A stretch of 63,991 nucleotides of DNA, the filler included, from Stramenopiles sp. TOSAG23-3 (taxonomy: Eukaryota), in the NCBI GenBank assembly GCA_900128585.1. It is 5 parts of 5 records of this genome, joined end to end, with 100 filler letters (N's around TTAATTAATTAA, not from the genome) between each part and the next. Parts side by side here need not be neighbours in the genome. Positions count along the whole stretch, not along the records: positions 1 to 12,986 come from LT642652.1; positions 13,087 to 26,069 come from LT642653.1; 3 more parts are not named here. The stretch is one strand, 5' to 3'. Of the stretch, positions 10,026 to 20,600 are shown in pieces. The translations under genes and the position numbers were made by a program. The notes under the pieces were generated by a model. The model was not told the DNA's origin. It saw only the letters and a program-made list of their open reading frames with translations, and made no database searches. Positions within the stretch are counted from its first letter, which is position 1. The number at the start of each line of letters is the position of its first letter.

Positions 10026-10588
10026 GTATATATCTGGGGGCATCGGTGGGTGGGTCAAAGGAGTTTGGAAGTAGACAATTATTTTGTTTTGATGCACATT
10101 CACAAAACCGAAAAAGATATAAAATAGATATTATACTACAATTTGTGAAGAGAAAACAGAAATTAACCTGGAGTGGTTTACAATGAAGGCAAATGGAAAC
10201 ATATAAACAGTTTAAATTTTTTATCCCGACGAAGAAGTGTAGTACATTAAATTCCTTATTATATTTCATCGACAACAACAAAACATCGCGAAGAAGAAGA
10301 AGAAGAAAAGAAAGAGAGGAGGAGGAAGAGAAAAAGAAAATAAAAAAGAAGGACAGTTCATTATTACTATATAATATTATATTTTATATTATTTAGAGGT
10401 TCATATTTCCTTAAAATATCATCAATGTCTTTAACCGTCGTTATTATTATTAAAGAAACTTTCGTAGACAGGAACATAAGTTTAATAAAAAAATTGCCAC
10501 GGTAATTTTCCCCATCAATACCGTAGAATTTTCTGTGGAATTGGTAAAATTTGGAATAGTAGGAAAGGGTGGTTTGATTTTCCTCGTC

Positions 10589-11413
10589 ATGTCGGCCATA
10601 ATAGGAAACGGAAACGGCGCGGCTGTGGGAAGTGGGCGTCCCGAAGTGCGTAATGAAATAGAAACGGAAAGTTTGTTCAGGGTTCAGTACAAGACCATCC
10701 CAATGACCTCTTTTTTGGCGTCGCTTTTATCAATTGAATTTATAAAGCACGCAAGCCACATGCGGCGGCAAATACCGTGCAGCTTTAACGATTTAGTGCG
10801 CTTTGCAGAAGAGGAGAAAAAAAAGAAAGAGCAGTCGCGGAAGCGTCGTCGGCTTACTGCAGGGTTTCACAAGAAGGCGCACAAATTTGTGACGGACATC
10901 CTTTGCGTCTTCGACGGGATACGGACGGTCTTTAGCGAACTCCGACCGAAGAAAATTTTGATTCTTTGCGGAGGGTCGGCGGCAAGTCCCCGGGAAGGAT
11001 TTATGTTGAATATAGAGTATACGGAAAAGGGCGACCTCGGGGGTGGTTTGGAGTACACTTACACGGACAAACAGTGCGGCCTGGCCGTTCGAAAACTTGT
11101 CCGATCGTTGTTTCTCGAAGGTGCGCGTGTATTTCAAAGCGAAATTCGGCCTTTGAAGTTGTTTTTCTTTGTTTATGGGCGCAGAGTAGACGATTGCAGC
11201 CGTTTGGGAGGATTTTTGCCGAAGGAGAATTTCAAAGTGAACACAAAGTCAAGGCGGTCGAGGGCACCGTTTGAAATTTCAATCTCTGGGTTGCAGAGCG
11301 TCGACGAGGAGCTGGAGGACGAGATGTACGGGGAGGACCCGATGGAAAATATGTGGTACGGTTGGCCGAGAGGGGTTACTGGGTTGAGAAGCCCACCAGA
11401 TCGGAAGAAGTAG
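10589..11413 (+). CDS. MAD2L1BP: p31comet / MAD2L1-binding protein (HORMA-fold spindle-checkpoint silencer)
   Basis: EFIKH..HMRRQIP, ILILCGGSAASPRE, RKLVRSL, GFLPK..F and terminal WY...V.G blocks. Confidence 0.75.
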   Translation: MSAIIGNGNGAAVGSGRPEVRNEIETESLFRVQYKTIPMTSFLASLLSIEFIKHASHMRRQIPCSFNDLVRFAEEEKKKKEQSRKRRRLTAGFHKKAHKFVTDILCVFDGIRTVFSELRPKKILILCGGSAASPREGFMLNIEYTEKGDLGGGLEYTYTDKQCGLAVRKLVRSLFLEGARVFQSEIRPLKLFFFVYGRRVDDCSRLGGFLPKENFKVNTKSRRSRAPFEISISGLQSVDEELEDEMYGEDPMENMWYGWPRGVTGLRSPPDRKK

Positions 11414-11510
11414 CTGCAATATCCAAGAAAGGATTGAAGTTTAAAAATATTACGAAGTGGTTCTCAGAAAAAAAGGTGTGTATAAATATTTGATTTATCT
11501 TATACTAAAA

Positions 11511-11632
11511 TAAAAACAAGAAAATTGGCTGTTATTTATATTAAGTACAATTAAAATTAATGTACTGCCAACTGAACTCTAAATTTAAACATTCGAGGTT
11601 TACTTAAATAACATCCAATTTTCTTGTTTTAA
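11511..11632. repeat. Inverted pair of the AAAACAAGAAAATTGGCTGTTATTT motif between convergent genes
   Basis: + copy ~11513-11538; reverse copy ~11606-11631 with 1 mismatch. Confidence 0.8.
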
Positions 11633-11647
11633 AAATACACTCCCTAG

Positions 11648-12757
11648 CTACAAGTACACGTGGTCGTGGACCAAAATTTCATTGAGAAATGGAAGCAGAA
11701 AGAAACGCACGGCAAAAAATGTAAAAATTCCAAAGCAAAGCGCAATTGGTAGCGCAGGGACGGCTGCAAGCGACGAGGAAATCGTGTACACCACCGTCAG
11801 GCATATGCCCGAAATCAACGACAGCGTGCAGCAGAGCGCGTTCAAGTAGCCGAGCAGGGCGGCCCGGGCAATCAGGACGGAGTAAAACGTGATGTCCCCT
11901 GTGCCAAGGTTGAACAAGCGATGGTGGTACACTAAGCCCGGAGGGAGCTCAAACTGGTCTTCCCCTCGAACCGACCGCTCCCGGTTGATCTTCATAATAA
12001 GAGCAAGGGGTCCGCAGGGGGTTAAAACTGCAAATAAATCCCAAATGATCAACAACACCAAAGTGCACAAGACCGTCCACTCGGAAAAGCATGCAAAAGG
12101 CCACGCCAACGCGACAGACTCCAGCAACAAGAAAAAGTTCATCGTATTGCTGTAATACTCGTTGCTGTCCTCAAACCAATCTGCAAACAGGACTTGGTGC
12201 AGCGGTTTCCAATAGACAACAACGAGACCAGCAACGTTTAAATTCAGCATAAGGAAGAAAAATGTGATGGACGACACTGGGATTCGATACAGCGTGGACA
12301 CGGAGTACACCCAGTACCCTACGAACGCAGATATCGACACCACGAAGGCCCCCATCAGAATTCCATAGAGCGTCCTCTCGTACCGCTTTGCGTAAAGAAA
12401 CAAAAACAAGCAAGTCAGCACAATCACGTACGCCAAAATATAAAACCCGTTGGCCAAGGTCCCCCACACCTGGTCGTACACCCCTCCATTTTCGGCGGTC
12501 GCAACGTACGGCATTTGGGATACAAAAGGGTCGGAGCCTTCTACACGTAGCTGCATCGTGGTCACGTACGAAATGGTGAGAAAGCAAGTAAGCAAGACAG
12601 GGTTCGTCATGCACAAAATTTGCTCACATCGGCGCTCAAAAATAGTTCTATTGTTTCCAGGGATAACCGAAGCCATGAACTTTCTCCAACCACTCTCCGT
12701 TATGGACGCACCCGTTCCATTTTCAACAATCTCTAACTCCACCACGTTTTCCCCCAT
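11648..12757 (-). CDS. PSEN: Presenilin-family GxGD intramembrane aspartyl protease
   Basis: IIWDLFAVLTPCGPL, LGTGDITFYSVL and PALP motifs; about 9 TM segments. Confidence 0.92.
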   Translation of the reverse strand: MGENVVELEIVENGTGASITESGWRKFMASVIPGNNRTIFERRCEQILCMTNPVLLTCFLTISYVTTMQLRVEGSDPFVSQMPYVATAENGGVYDQVWGTLANGFYILAYVIVLTCLFLFLYAKRYERTLYGILMGAFVVSISAFVGYWVYSVSTLYRIPVSSITFFFLMLNLNVAGLVVVYWKPLHQVLFADWFEDSNEYYSNTMNFFLLLESVALAWPFACFSEWTVLCTLVLLIIWDLFAVLTPCGPLALIMKINRERSVRGEDQFELPPGLVYHHRLFNLGTGDITFYSVLIARAALLGYLNALCCTLSLISGICLTVVYTISSSLAAVPALPIALCFGIFTFFAVRFFLLPFLNEILVHDHVYL

Positions 12758-12986
12758 ACTTCTCGCGTCGCAAATACCCACCCACCTACGTAATTGAAAC
12801 GGTCCCTCTATTTATCTTACTAATTTAAAATTTTAATTCCATCTATATATTCAACCTATTTTTTTTGTTATTTGATTCTTTGAATAAAGAAGTTAATTAG
12901 AAAAGCAATTTTCTTTCAACAAACATAACATTTTTATAATCATTCATTTTTATTGTTGCTGTACACACTCCCGCGATTACATATTA

Positions 12987-13086
12987 NNNNNNNNNNNNNN
13001 NNNNNNNNNNNNNNNNNNNNNNNNNNNNNNTTAATTAATTAANNNNNNNNNNNNNNNNNNNNNNNNNNNNNNNNNNNNNNNNNNNN
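12987..13086. other. Artificial contig linker (N44-TTAATTAATTAA-N44)
   Basis: Six-frame stop linker; same structure four times in the window. Confidence 0.97.
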
Positions 13087-13496
13087 GGGGGGGGGGGGGG
13101 GGGACGGTGGGAAAGACCCTAAACTAAACTAAACGAGGGGGGGTGGGGAAGGACAACCGAAGAAGAAGAAGTTCAACAGCCTCCCCTTCGTGTCTGTCTC
13201 CCTAAATCTCTTTAATTCTATGACTGAAGCAACCACACCACAAAGGCACACACACTTTCAAGTAAAGGTTTTTCAAAAAAACAATGACAGAAATAAATGG
13301 TTGTTAACAAAACGAGAAAGAAACGACACGTTCAGAGTATCTTACTATTTTCTTTTCGTTAATTCTCTTTCTTCTTTTTTGGTTTGTCTTATATATTATT
13401 TGAAGTAATAAATATTATTGTACTTTTTATATATTTTTATAAATATGAATTATTTCTTCTTATTATTAATTATTATTATTTTTTTTTAGTTTTTTA

Positions 13497-13497
13497 A

Positions 13498-13528
<31 letters not shown>

Positions 13529-13590
13529 AGAAGAAGAAGAAAGAAGAAGAAGAAGAAGAAGAAGAAGAAGAAAGAAGAAGAAAGAAGTGG
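13497..13590. repeat. (GAA)n microsatellite in an AT-rich low-complexity tract
   Basis: Direct reading. Confidence 0.9.
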
Positions 13591-14608
13591 TTTTAATATT
13601 AATATTTTATAGTAGATGGTATTATACTGTATAATAGTCCTATTACATCATTATATAAATAAATATTAAATAATAAATTATTTCTTTTCTTTCTTTCTTT
13701 CTTTCTTCTCTTTCTTCTCTTTCTTTCTTCTCTTTCTTTTCTTTTTAGAGTTATAGAGTACGTATTATTTATTATTTATTATAATATTTATTACATCCTA
13801 CTTTTTATAGCTTATTCCATTTTATTCTTTCTATTTATTATTATTATTATTTTATTAAAATTTAACCGTCGTGATGGTGGGGGGGTGTGGGGGACTTACT
13901 TACATATTATAAAGTAGGACTATGAAGACCGAATATAATAAAAGACAAGGAAGAATAGTATAGACCGATATTCGACTGATCTAATTCTAATTATTAAGAA
14001 ATAATAAAAGAAAGAAGAAAGAAGAAAGAAAGAGAAGAAGAAAGAAAGAGAATATTAAAATACAATGATATTTATATAGTATATTTTATTATACTTCAAT
14101 TGTATTCTAAATTATACTTTTATGAAAAGTGGGGGGGGGGAGGGGGGAGGGGCTGCTTCTTTGCTTTATTATATTTAGACTACTATTATTTATTATTAAA
14201 ATGGATGTTAAAGTTAGGATACTATTTCTATTTCTATATAGATTAGATTAGATTAATTATATTTTTAATTATTACTACTTCTTTCTTAGTGCTATTCTTC
14301 TATTCTTCTCTCTCGAAAAAGAAAAAAAAAAAGAAAAATAATAATATGGTTTTTTCGTTTATTATTATTATATTTTCATTTCATTTTTTATTTGATGATT
14401 TAATTAGACAAGAAAGTAAGTGTTAATTATAAAAAACAATATATATATATGTATGTTATACAAGTTTAAAAAACTGAAACAGAAAGACAAAACGAAATTG
14501 TTTACAAAAGGATAAGGGGGGTGATATAGATATTGCCATTCAAATACACATACATTTACATACTTTCGGCACGTACGTACGTACATACATACACCTTTGT
14601 TTACCAAC

Positions 14609-16336
14609 ATGGCGAAAGGGGGTCGTCATGGGTCCTCCGTGGCCGTGCCGTCGGTGCGCCCGCGTGCTTGCCATGCTTGGGGATTATCACCCATCTATGC
14701 CCCTGGTGCCCGGGCGCCCGTGCGGGGCAAGTGCGCCGCCGTCATTGTCTTTGTCTTTTTGTGCTCGTGCGCCAGCGCCAGCCCTCCCCCCGTCTCGGTC
14801 GTCTCGTCCATGTGGGCGCACGAGCGCGTCCTCGTCTCCGTGGAACCGGGCGCCGTCGTCGCGGACGGCGTCCCGGCGGCCCACAGGGCCCACTTGAACA
14901 AGGGGAGGTTCACGAGGGAAATGCTTGTCAGCATCGCGTACGTCAAGTTCGACCAGGGCCTCCAAGTCAACCGGAACCTGAACTCGTCCTTGCTCCTGGA
15001 CGACGAGGGCTTCTTCCCTGAATCGAAGGAGAACTCCGTGGGCCTGACCGAGCTGGCGTGCACGGGCGGCCGCCCCGCTGCCAGAATACCCTCGTACGAC
15101 CACCGGCAGCCCGCGGAGAACGGTGGGGCGGTGGAGGAGGGGCTGGCCCCGCGGCGTACGTTTTTTCTGGACGAACGGCTCCCGCTGGACACCTTTATCC
15201 CCGCGGAGATGCTCAGTTCCAACTCGCTCATGTGGCTCGCGGCCACGGTCGCGCGGAACGTGTTCAAGCTGAACACGCTGTCGAGCAAAGAATTTTTGGG
15301 GGTGGTGTTTCGGGACCCGGAACGGCTCAACGAGGCCGCGGGGGTTGGGGAGGGGGCATGGGACAACTGCACGGTGACGTTCCTGACCCACGCGGAGCAG
15401 GGGGGCGCCCGGCTGCCCGGGCAGTACGAAAGCGTGGACGGCGCCCCGTTCTTCGGGGCCGTCCCGTTGGAGACCAGGGACCCGATGGCATACGGGGTCC
15501 TGTGGCCGGTCCACACCGAGGTCCGCCAAGCGACGGCCGCCGCGGCGACGTCGTTGGCGCTGTTCACTAAATTTCGAAACGACGAGGCCAGCGGCGGCCA
15601 GCGGTGCACCCCGCTGCCCCACGCTGCCAAGACCCCAGAGGGGGCCGCGGCGCTGCTGGAGACGGGCACGTACGTCGGGTTTCCCGACGAGTTCATCTCG
15701 GACGTGATGCCGAACCTGCTCAAAGGGAGCGTCATGGCCCTCCTGATGCCCATCCTGAAGCTCCTTGGGGTGTTTGGCGGCGACAAGCTGATGACCCCGC
15801 TGATGGACAACATGAGCCAGATGACCGATGGGGGTCTGGTCGGCGCGCTGAACGAACAGATCAGCCCAAAGCTGATATTGGATTTGAACCATGGTATTCC
15901 CCCGGGCGTCCGGGCCGCCATGCCGGAGACCGTGACCCAGGCGATTGCAGAAATGATGGAATCGTACGTGAAGCGGTCCCTACTGGCAGACCTGTACGAC
16001 CCCGTGTCCACGCGCATTGCGAACTCCTTGCCGAGGCGCGTCCCAGGGAACACGGCGGAACGCGTCTCCAAGTCCCTCTCGTCCTACGTCCTGAAGAACG
16101 CGGTCCATACCTTGACCCGGTCGCTGACGCACTCCATCGTCCCGTCGTTGACGCACACGCTTACCCACAACCCGATGCAGGACTACTACTGCTACTACTG
16201 CTTCGAGCACAAGACGTATTGCCAGTACTGCAGCTATGCCCCGAGCCAGCTGTACTACGCCACCTTCTACGCGGGCTACTACAGCACCTACTTTAGCGAT
16301 TATTACAGCGGGGCAGCCCCCCCGTTGGTGCAGTAA
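14609..16336 (+). CDS. GC-rich hypothetical secreted/membrane protein with LTH(S/T)L repeats and a Tyr/Cys-rich C-terminus
   Basis: Long ORF with strong third-position GC bias; hydrophobic AAVIVFVFLCSCASA; C-terminal YYCYYC...YCQYC...YYATFYAGYYSTYFSDYY. Confidence 0.75.
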   Translation: MAKGGRHGSSVAVPSVRPRACHAWGLSPIYAPGARAPVRGKCAAVIVFVFLCSCASASPPPVSVVSSMWAHERVLVSVEPGAVVADGVPAAHRAHLNKGRFTREMLVSIAYVKFDQGLQVNRNLNSSLLLDDEGFFPESKENSVGLTELACTGGRPAARIPSYDHRQPAENGGAVEEGLAPRRTFFLDERLPLDTFIPAEMLSSNSLMWLAATVARNVFKLNTLSSKEFLGVVFRDPERLNEAAGVGEGAWDNCTVTFLTHAEQGGARLPGQYESVDGAPFFGAVPLETRDPMAYGVLWPVHTEVRQATAAAATSLALFTKFRNDEASGGQRCTPLPHAAKTPEGAAALLETGTYVGFPDEFISDVMPNLLKGSVMALLMPILKLLGVFGGDKLMTPLMDNMSQMTDGGLVGALNEQISPKLILDLNHGIPPGVRAAMPETVTQAIAEMMESYVKRSLLADLYDPVSTRIANSLPRRVPGNTAERVSKSLSSYVLKNAVHTLTRSLTHSIVPSLTHTLTHNPMQDYYCYYCFEHKTYCQYCSYAPSQLYYATFYAGYYSTYFSDYYSGAAPPLVQ

Positions 16337-16470
16337 ACGCTGGGGAAACTACAAAAAGGGGTCGTGGGTTGCTTGGGTATTTTCAGTAAACTTAGGACGA
16401 GATACTGGACTTATATTAAAGGCAAGAAAATTGGCTGTTATTTAAGTTTTTAATTTATATTTTACACTCT

Positions 16471-16811
16471 TTACACGCCAATTGCCACAACACACAACAA
16501 CAACAAAAATTCATCTTCTTGGAAAATATTTTTTCTTCTCTTTGGCTCTTGAGTCGTCGTTGATACCAAAGTCGTCGTCGGTTCTTGCGTGGTTTTTGGT
16601 TCTGCTGTCATTGCTGGTTCTTGTGTCGTTGTCGGTTCTTGCGTCGTCGTACGTTCTTGTGCCGTTGTCAGTTCTTGCGCGGTTGTTGTAAGCGCTACTG
16701 ACGTTGTTGGTTCTTGCGTGGTTGTTGTTGGCACCACTGTCATCGTTGTTGGTTCTGCTCTCGTCGTTGGTGCCAAGGTCGTCGTCAGTTCTTGTGTAGC
16801 CAGGGTCCCGC
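16471..16811 (-). CDS. Thr-rich mucin-like fragment (TTTQEP repeats), possibly a terminal exon or relic
   Basis: 18-nt repeats encoding TT(T/A)QEP; no ATG; preceded on the minus strand by TTCTTTTTTATTAG, resembling a splice acceptor. Confidence 0.45.
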
Positions 16812-17646
16812 CTAATAAAAAAGAAGGTCTTAAAATAACAGCCAATTTTCTTGTTAAAAAAAGAAGGTCTAAAAAAAAGAAACCTTGGTGAGTGATTCGA
16901 TTAAATGAAACTATGCATGGTGTGTACCTGTTCTATTCGTTTTGGTGTGAGAAAAATGAATGTTTGTTGTGGTTGATTCTTCTGATACAATTATCAAGGA
17001 CCAGGACATGGAAAAAGAGCGGGGTTTCTACGACAACATCCTAAGGCAGCAGGAGCAGGAGGTGCAGGCTCACCTGGCCGCGGCCCGGGGGGCCAACCCT
17101 CCCTTGACGATAAGGTGTGTTGTTTTTGTAGGACAATTCGTATTTGGGACGGCCAGAAGGAGGGCTCGTTGGTGGTCTATCGTTTTTCTAAAAAGTAGTA
17201 TAATTTAAAAACTTGTGCCGTAACAATAACAATTCAAATCATATTACTCCTGGAAGACAAAACTTGTTGCGTGCTATAGCGTAGGTGGCATTGCTGTTAA
17301 TTCTTATAACATTATTTGATCCTTGGGGGCAGTTAATCTAGTAGAGTACACAGACTTTTGAAAAACAATGTACACATAATTTTTAATGAAAAATTATTCT
17401 TTGATTTCCCTCTCTGCTCTGATTCTTCTCTGATATTTCTGCAAGGTAGTATCAGGACGTGATGAAGGAAAACTATCGTACCATTTGTTATCCCGGGAGT
17501 AAAATTCAAATCTTAAAAGTATAGAAACATCAAAGTAGAAAAGAAGCACCTTCCAGCTAGGACGACCAGCTCTGATTGCTGCCGCTGATGTACAATGATG
17601 ATGCTATATTTTTGAGATATTTTCTTGGAATTTCCTCCTCGCAACC

Positions 17647-20600
17647 TCAAGCCGCGACTTTGCCATGGCAACCAAAGAGACTGCCGCCTCGGAGTTTTGG
17701 TTTCTCAGACAGATCACTAAATATGAATCTATCGCAGCAACCATATTCCGACAAAGTTAAATTTCCATGACTTTGCAAACTCAGAATCTTAGGATTACTG
17801 TTCGGAATTTTTAATTCCAGTTGGCTCAACCTCTTCTCTGGTTCCATTCGAGAGTAGACTTTACTGACAGTTGTGGTCGTTGGATCGCACTGCAGCAGTT
17901 CCTTTCCATCTAAGACGACACTGCACCATCTTTGCTGTTGGCATGCCCATTGAAACGCTTGTTTCATACCTTGCGCATGAGAAATCCCTAATTTCCCCAC
18001 AAGGTTGCTGAAAGTAACTACTCCAAAGTCGGCGGCATTTATCAACTGACGTTTCTCATTCAATGACAACGTTTCGACGCAGGAAGGTTCACATTCGCAA
18101 GCTTTGAGTTTTTGTACTGTGTTCTCATCTGCTGGAGACCCTGGAGACCCTTCCGCATTTGGCTCCGCCTGCCAACCAGAGTGACCTACAGGTATGTTAT
18201 CTGCAGATATTTTTTTCTTTGCAAACACCTGGGCATCGGTTCCTCGTAAGTCTTCGAACGGATCGGGTTCACGGAAAGACATTCTTTTGGGAATAGAGTC
18301 TTCCTCTTCGGCAAAACGCTTTAATTCAAGGGTACTTTCATTGAATGCATTGTGCCAAAAGTCATCAAACCACGAACGCATTCTGCTGGTCAGAACATTT
18401 TCAAATGGTTTCTTTGCTGCATTGTACAGCCTTTTAACACTTCGCTCGAGCCTGACTTTGTCCCTTTGGCTCGGTATGGACACATTAGTTACACTAAGGG
18501 CAGCTTGGAGTTGTGCAGTGCTTATGGCATCCAGCAAGACTACACGCGCTCTGGTGGCGGCTGTTTCAAATCCATTTGTGACCGCTGTGATGATTGCTCC
18601 CTGTTCAACACTATTAAGCGGGCTCTTTTGCGGCGTAAAAAGGTGGACGCGCTTTTCGATCCAGTCGACACGCTCATTTACCAAGGGCAGAAACACGTTT
18701 TCCATTAAAAACCTTACTGAGAGGTCTGTGGTTTCTCCAATCAAGGTGTTGCAAATACTGCGTGCCCGATCAACTGGCTTCCGGGTGAGACTTTGCGACT
18801 GAAATCTCGCCTGTTCGTACCTTCGCGTCCAATTTTCTTGCATCAACATGCGTGTTTGAGATATAACTGCCTTTGCCATATCACCGTAGTCTACGTAGTT
18901 GACCATATCTTCTTCGTAAAGCCGGTATTTCAACTCTTTCATTAGAAAATCCGCGAGAAGATCAAGGTCCCCTTCTTCGTCTCTTGCACGAAGAGAGAGG
19001 GGCTTGCGTCTTTCGTCCAATTTTTGACACGCCGAAATGCTACGGTACAACAGTTGGCTCGTTAAACATTCCATTTCGTAAAGAATTTCTTGGGTGTTGC
19101 CAGTACTCACTTGGACAAGCCTCTCAGCTCCGTACTTAGAGGACACGTTGGCGCCCAAAAATGTCCTCTTTGCTCTTTCGCTCGCTTGATCGTGCCCGTG
19201 CGTCATCACGCAGATTCGCGAAATGTACTGGTCGTTCTCGCGCGGGTGATAGGCGGCGATTGACAGAATCGGGGGCTGGGCATTGTTCGCGTTAAAACAA
19301 AGCCCAACGACTCCATCTTTTCTCTGCCGATGTAAGGTCGACACAGAGTCCTCCATACACTCTTGCTCCAAAAAAGCCATATGCCCTATCGTATCAATGA
19401 GAGTTGCGTGAAGATATCGACGGCTCGCCGGGTTTACTACCACTATGGAAAGCGGGGCCTTGTGGTGATCCACCTCATCTTGATGGGTCCGTTTCTGAAC
19501 GATCACCTTTTTGTCGAGTAAGACCTTCTTTGCAAAGTCCACTTCCTCAACGCACTGCCCATCAATTAAAAGATATGTTTTATTGGTAGACATATCCAGT
19601 CTCGATGTGACACTTACCTTTCTTGCCGTCGTATGCTCTTCCCCCGAGGGCAATTTAAAAGCCATGAGTGAAGTGCCTTCTAGCAGCACAGACATAAAGC
19701 TGTTTACAATCATGGTTTTACCTGCTCCACTGGCGCCGATTAAATGCATTGTTGCCCCGCTCTTTATTTCTTTTACGACATTTGCTGCTTCAGCTTCCAA
19801 CCTATCAAGAAGTGGGATCATGTGGTCATTCATCACAACTTTGTCAAAATTTATTTTCGCCATAACTTCTGCTGCAATTGCTTCAGTTTCATCTACAACA
19901 GCAGAACCATCATTTTTTTGCTGCGTTCGTGCACGATGCTCGTTCAAAATGGTGAGAAAAGCATTGCCGTGTTTCTCGTCTGCGTCTGGACCAAAGACGT
20001 CCGCGAGTGGTGCTGTTGGTGGAATCGGTGAAACGTCATAATCTTTCATCCTACCGTCAATTTCCTGGGGTACATCCGATGGTTCGGCAGTTAATCGGTG
20101 CAATTTTTGCTTTAATGTTCTTTTCATTTTAGCAGCCCGATTCTTGGTGGCCTTTACGATGTCACGAACACGTCGGCCTCCCCCCACGATTCTGGCTCTG
20201 TGCTCAATGGTACTCCCGGGACTGATTCCACTTTTCCTTACGACTTGATCATCGTACAAGGGTTTCTTCTCAAACGTCAACCATTGACCAATTGGGGGGT
20301 ACCCCTCTTTGTCTTGAATGCTCTGCTTCACATCGAAAACCGTATCTTCAGGACAAATATCCAATGCTATTGTTTTTCCACTTCCCAATCGGACAAGTAC
20401 TTGCATGGTGTCGGTTGTTCGTTCATTTTCAAGCAAAGTTTTCCTGCTGCTCGCGGAATGGCTTTTGACGCCATTATAAAATTCCCTCGAGTTACTCAAA
20501 TCGATAACATCTTCTAATGAGAGCGTGCGCTTCCCATCGGGCGATAAGCCATCTAAGACGTTCAATTCTTTTTTGACTTGTTCGTCTTCGATGTCCCCAA

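Noticed and set aside
13031-13042. TTAATTAATTAA palindrome recurring about every 13 kb
   Set aside because: Artificial six-frame stop linker inside N pads; gene neighbourhoods across it are not biological
13117-13135. CCCTAAACTAAACTAAAC as a telomeric repeat
   Set aside because: Only one CCCTAAA unit; not an array
14687-16071. Long antisense ORFs (401 and 458 aa)
   Set aside because: Shadows of the GC-rich sense gene; no motifs
16995-17095. EB1 C-terminus-like peptide MEKERGFYDNILRQ
   Set aside because: Too short, no CH domain nearby; may be a fragment or chance
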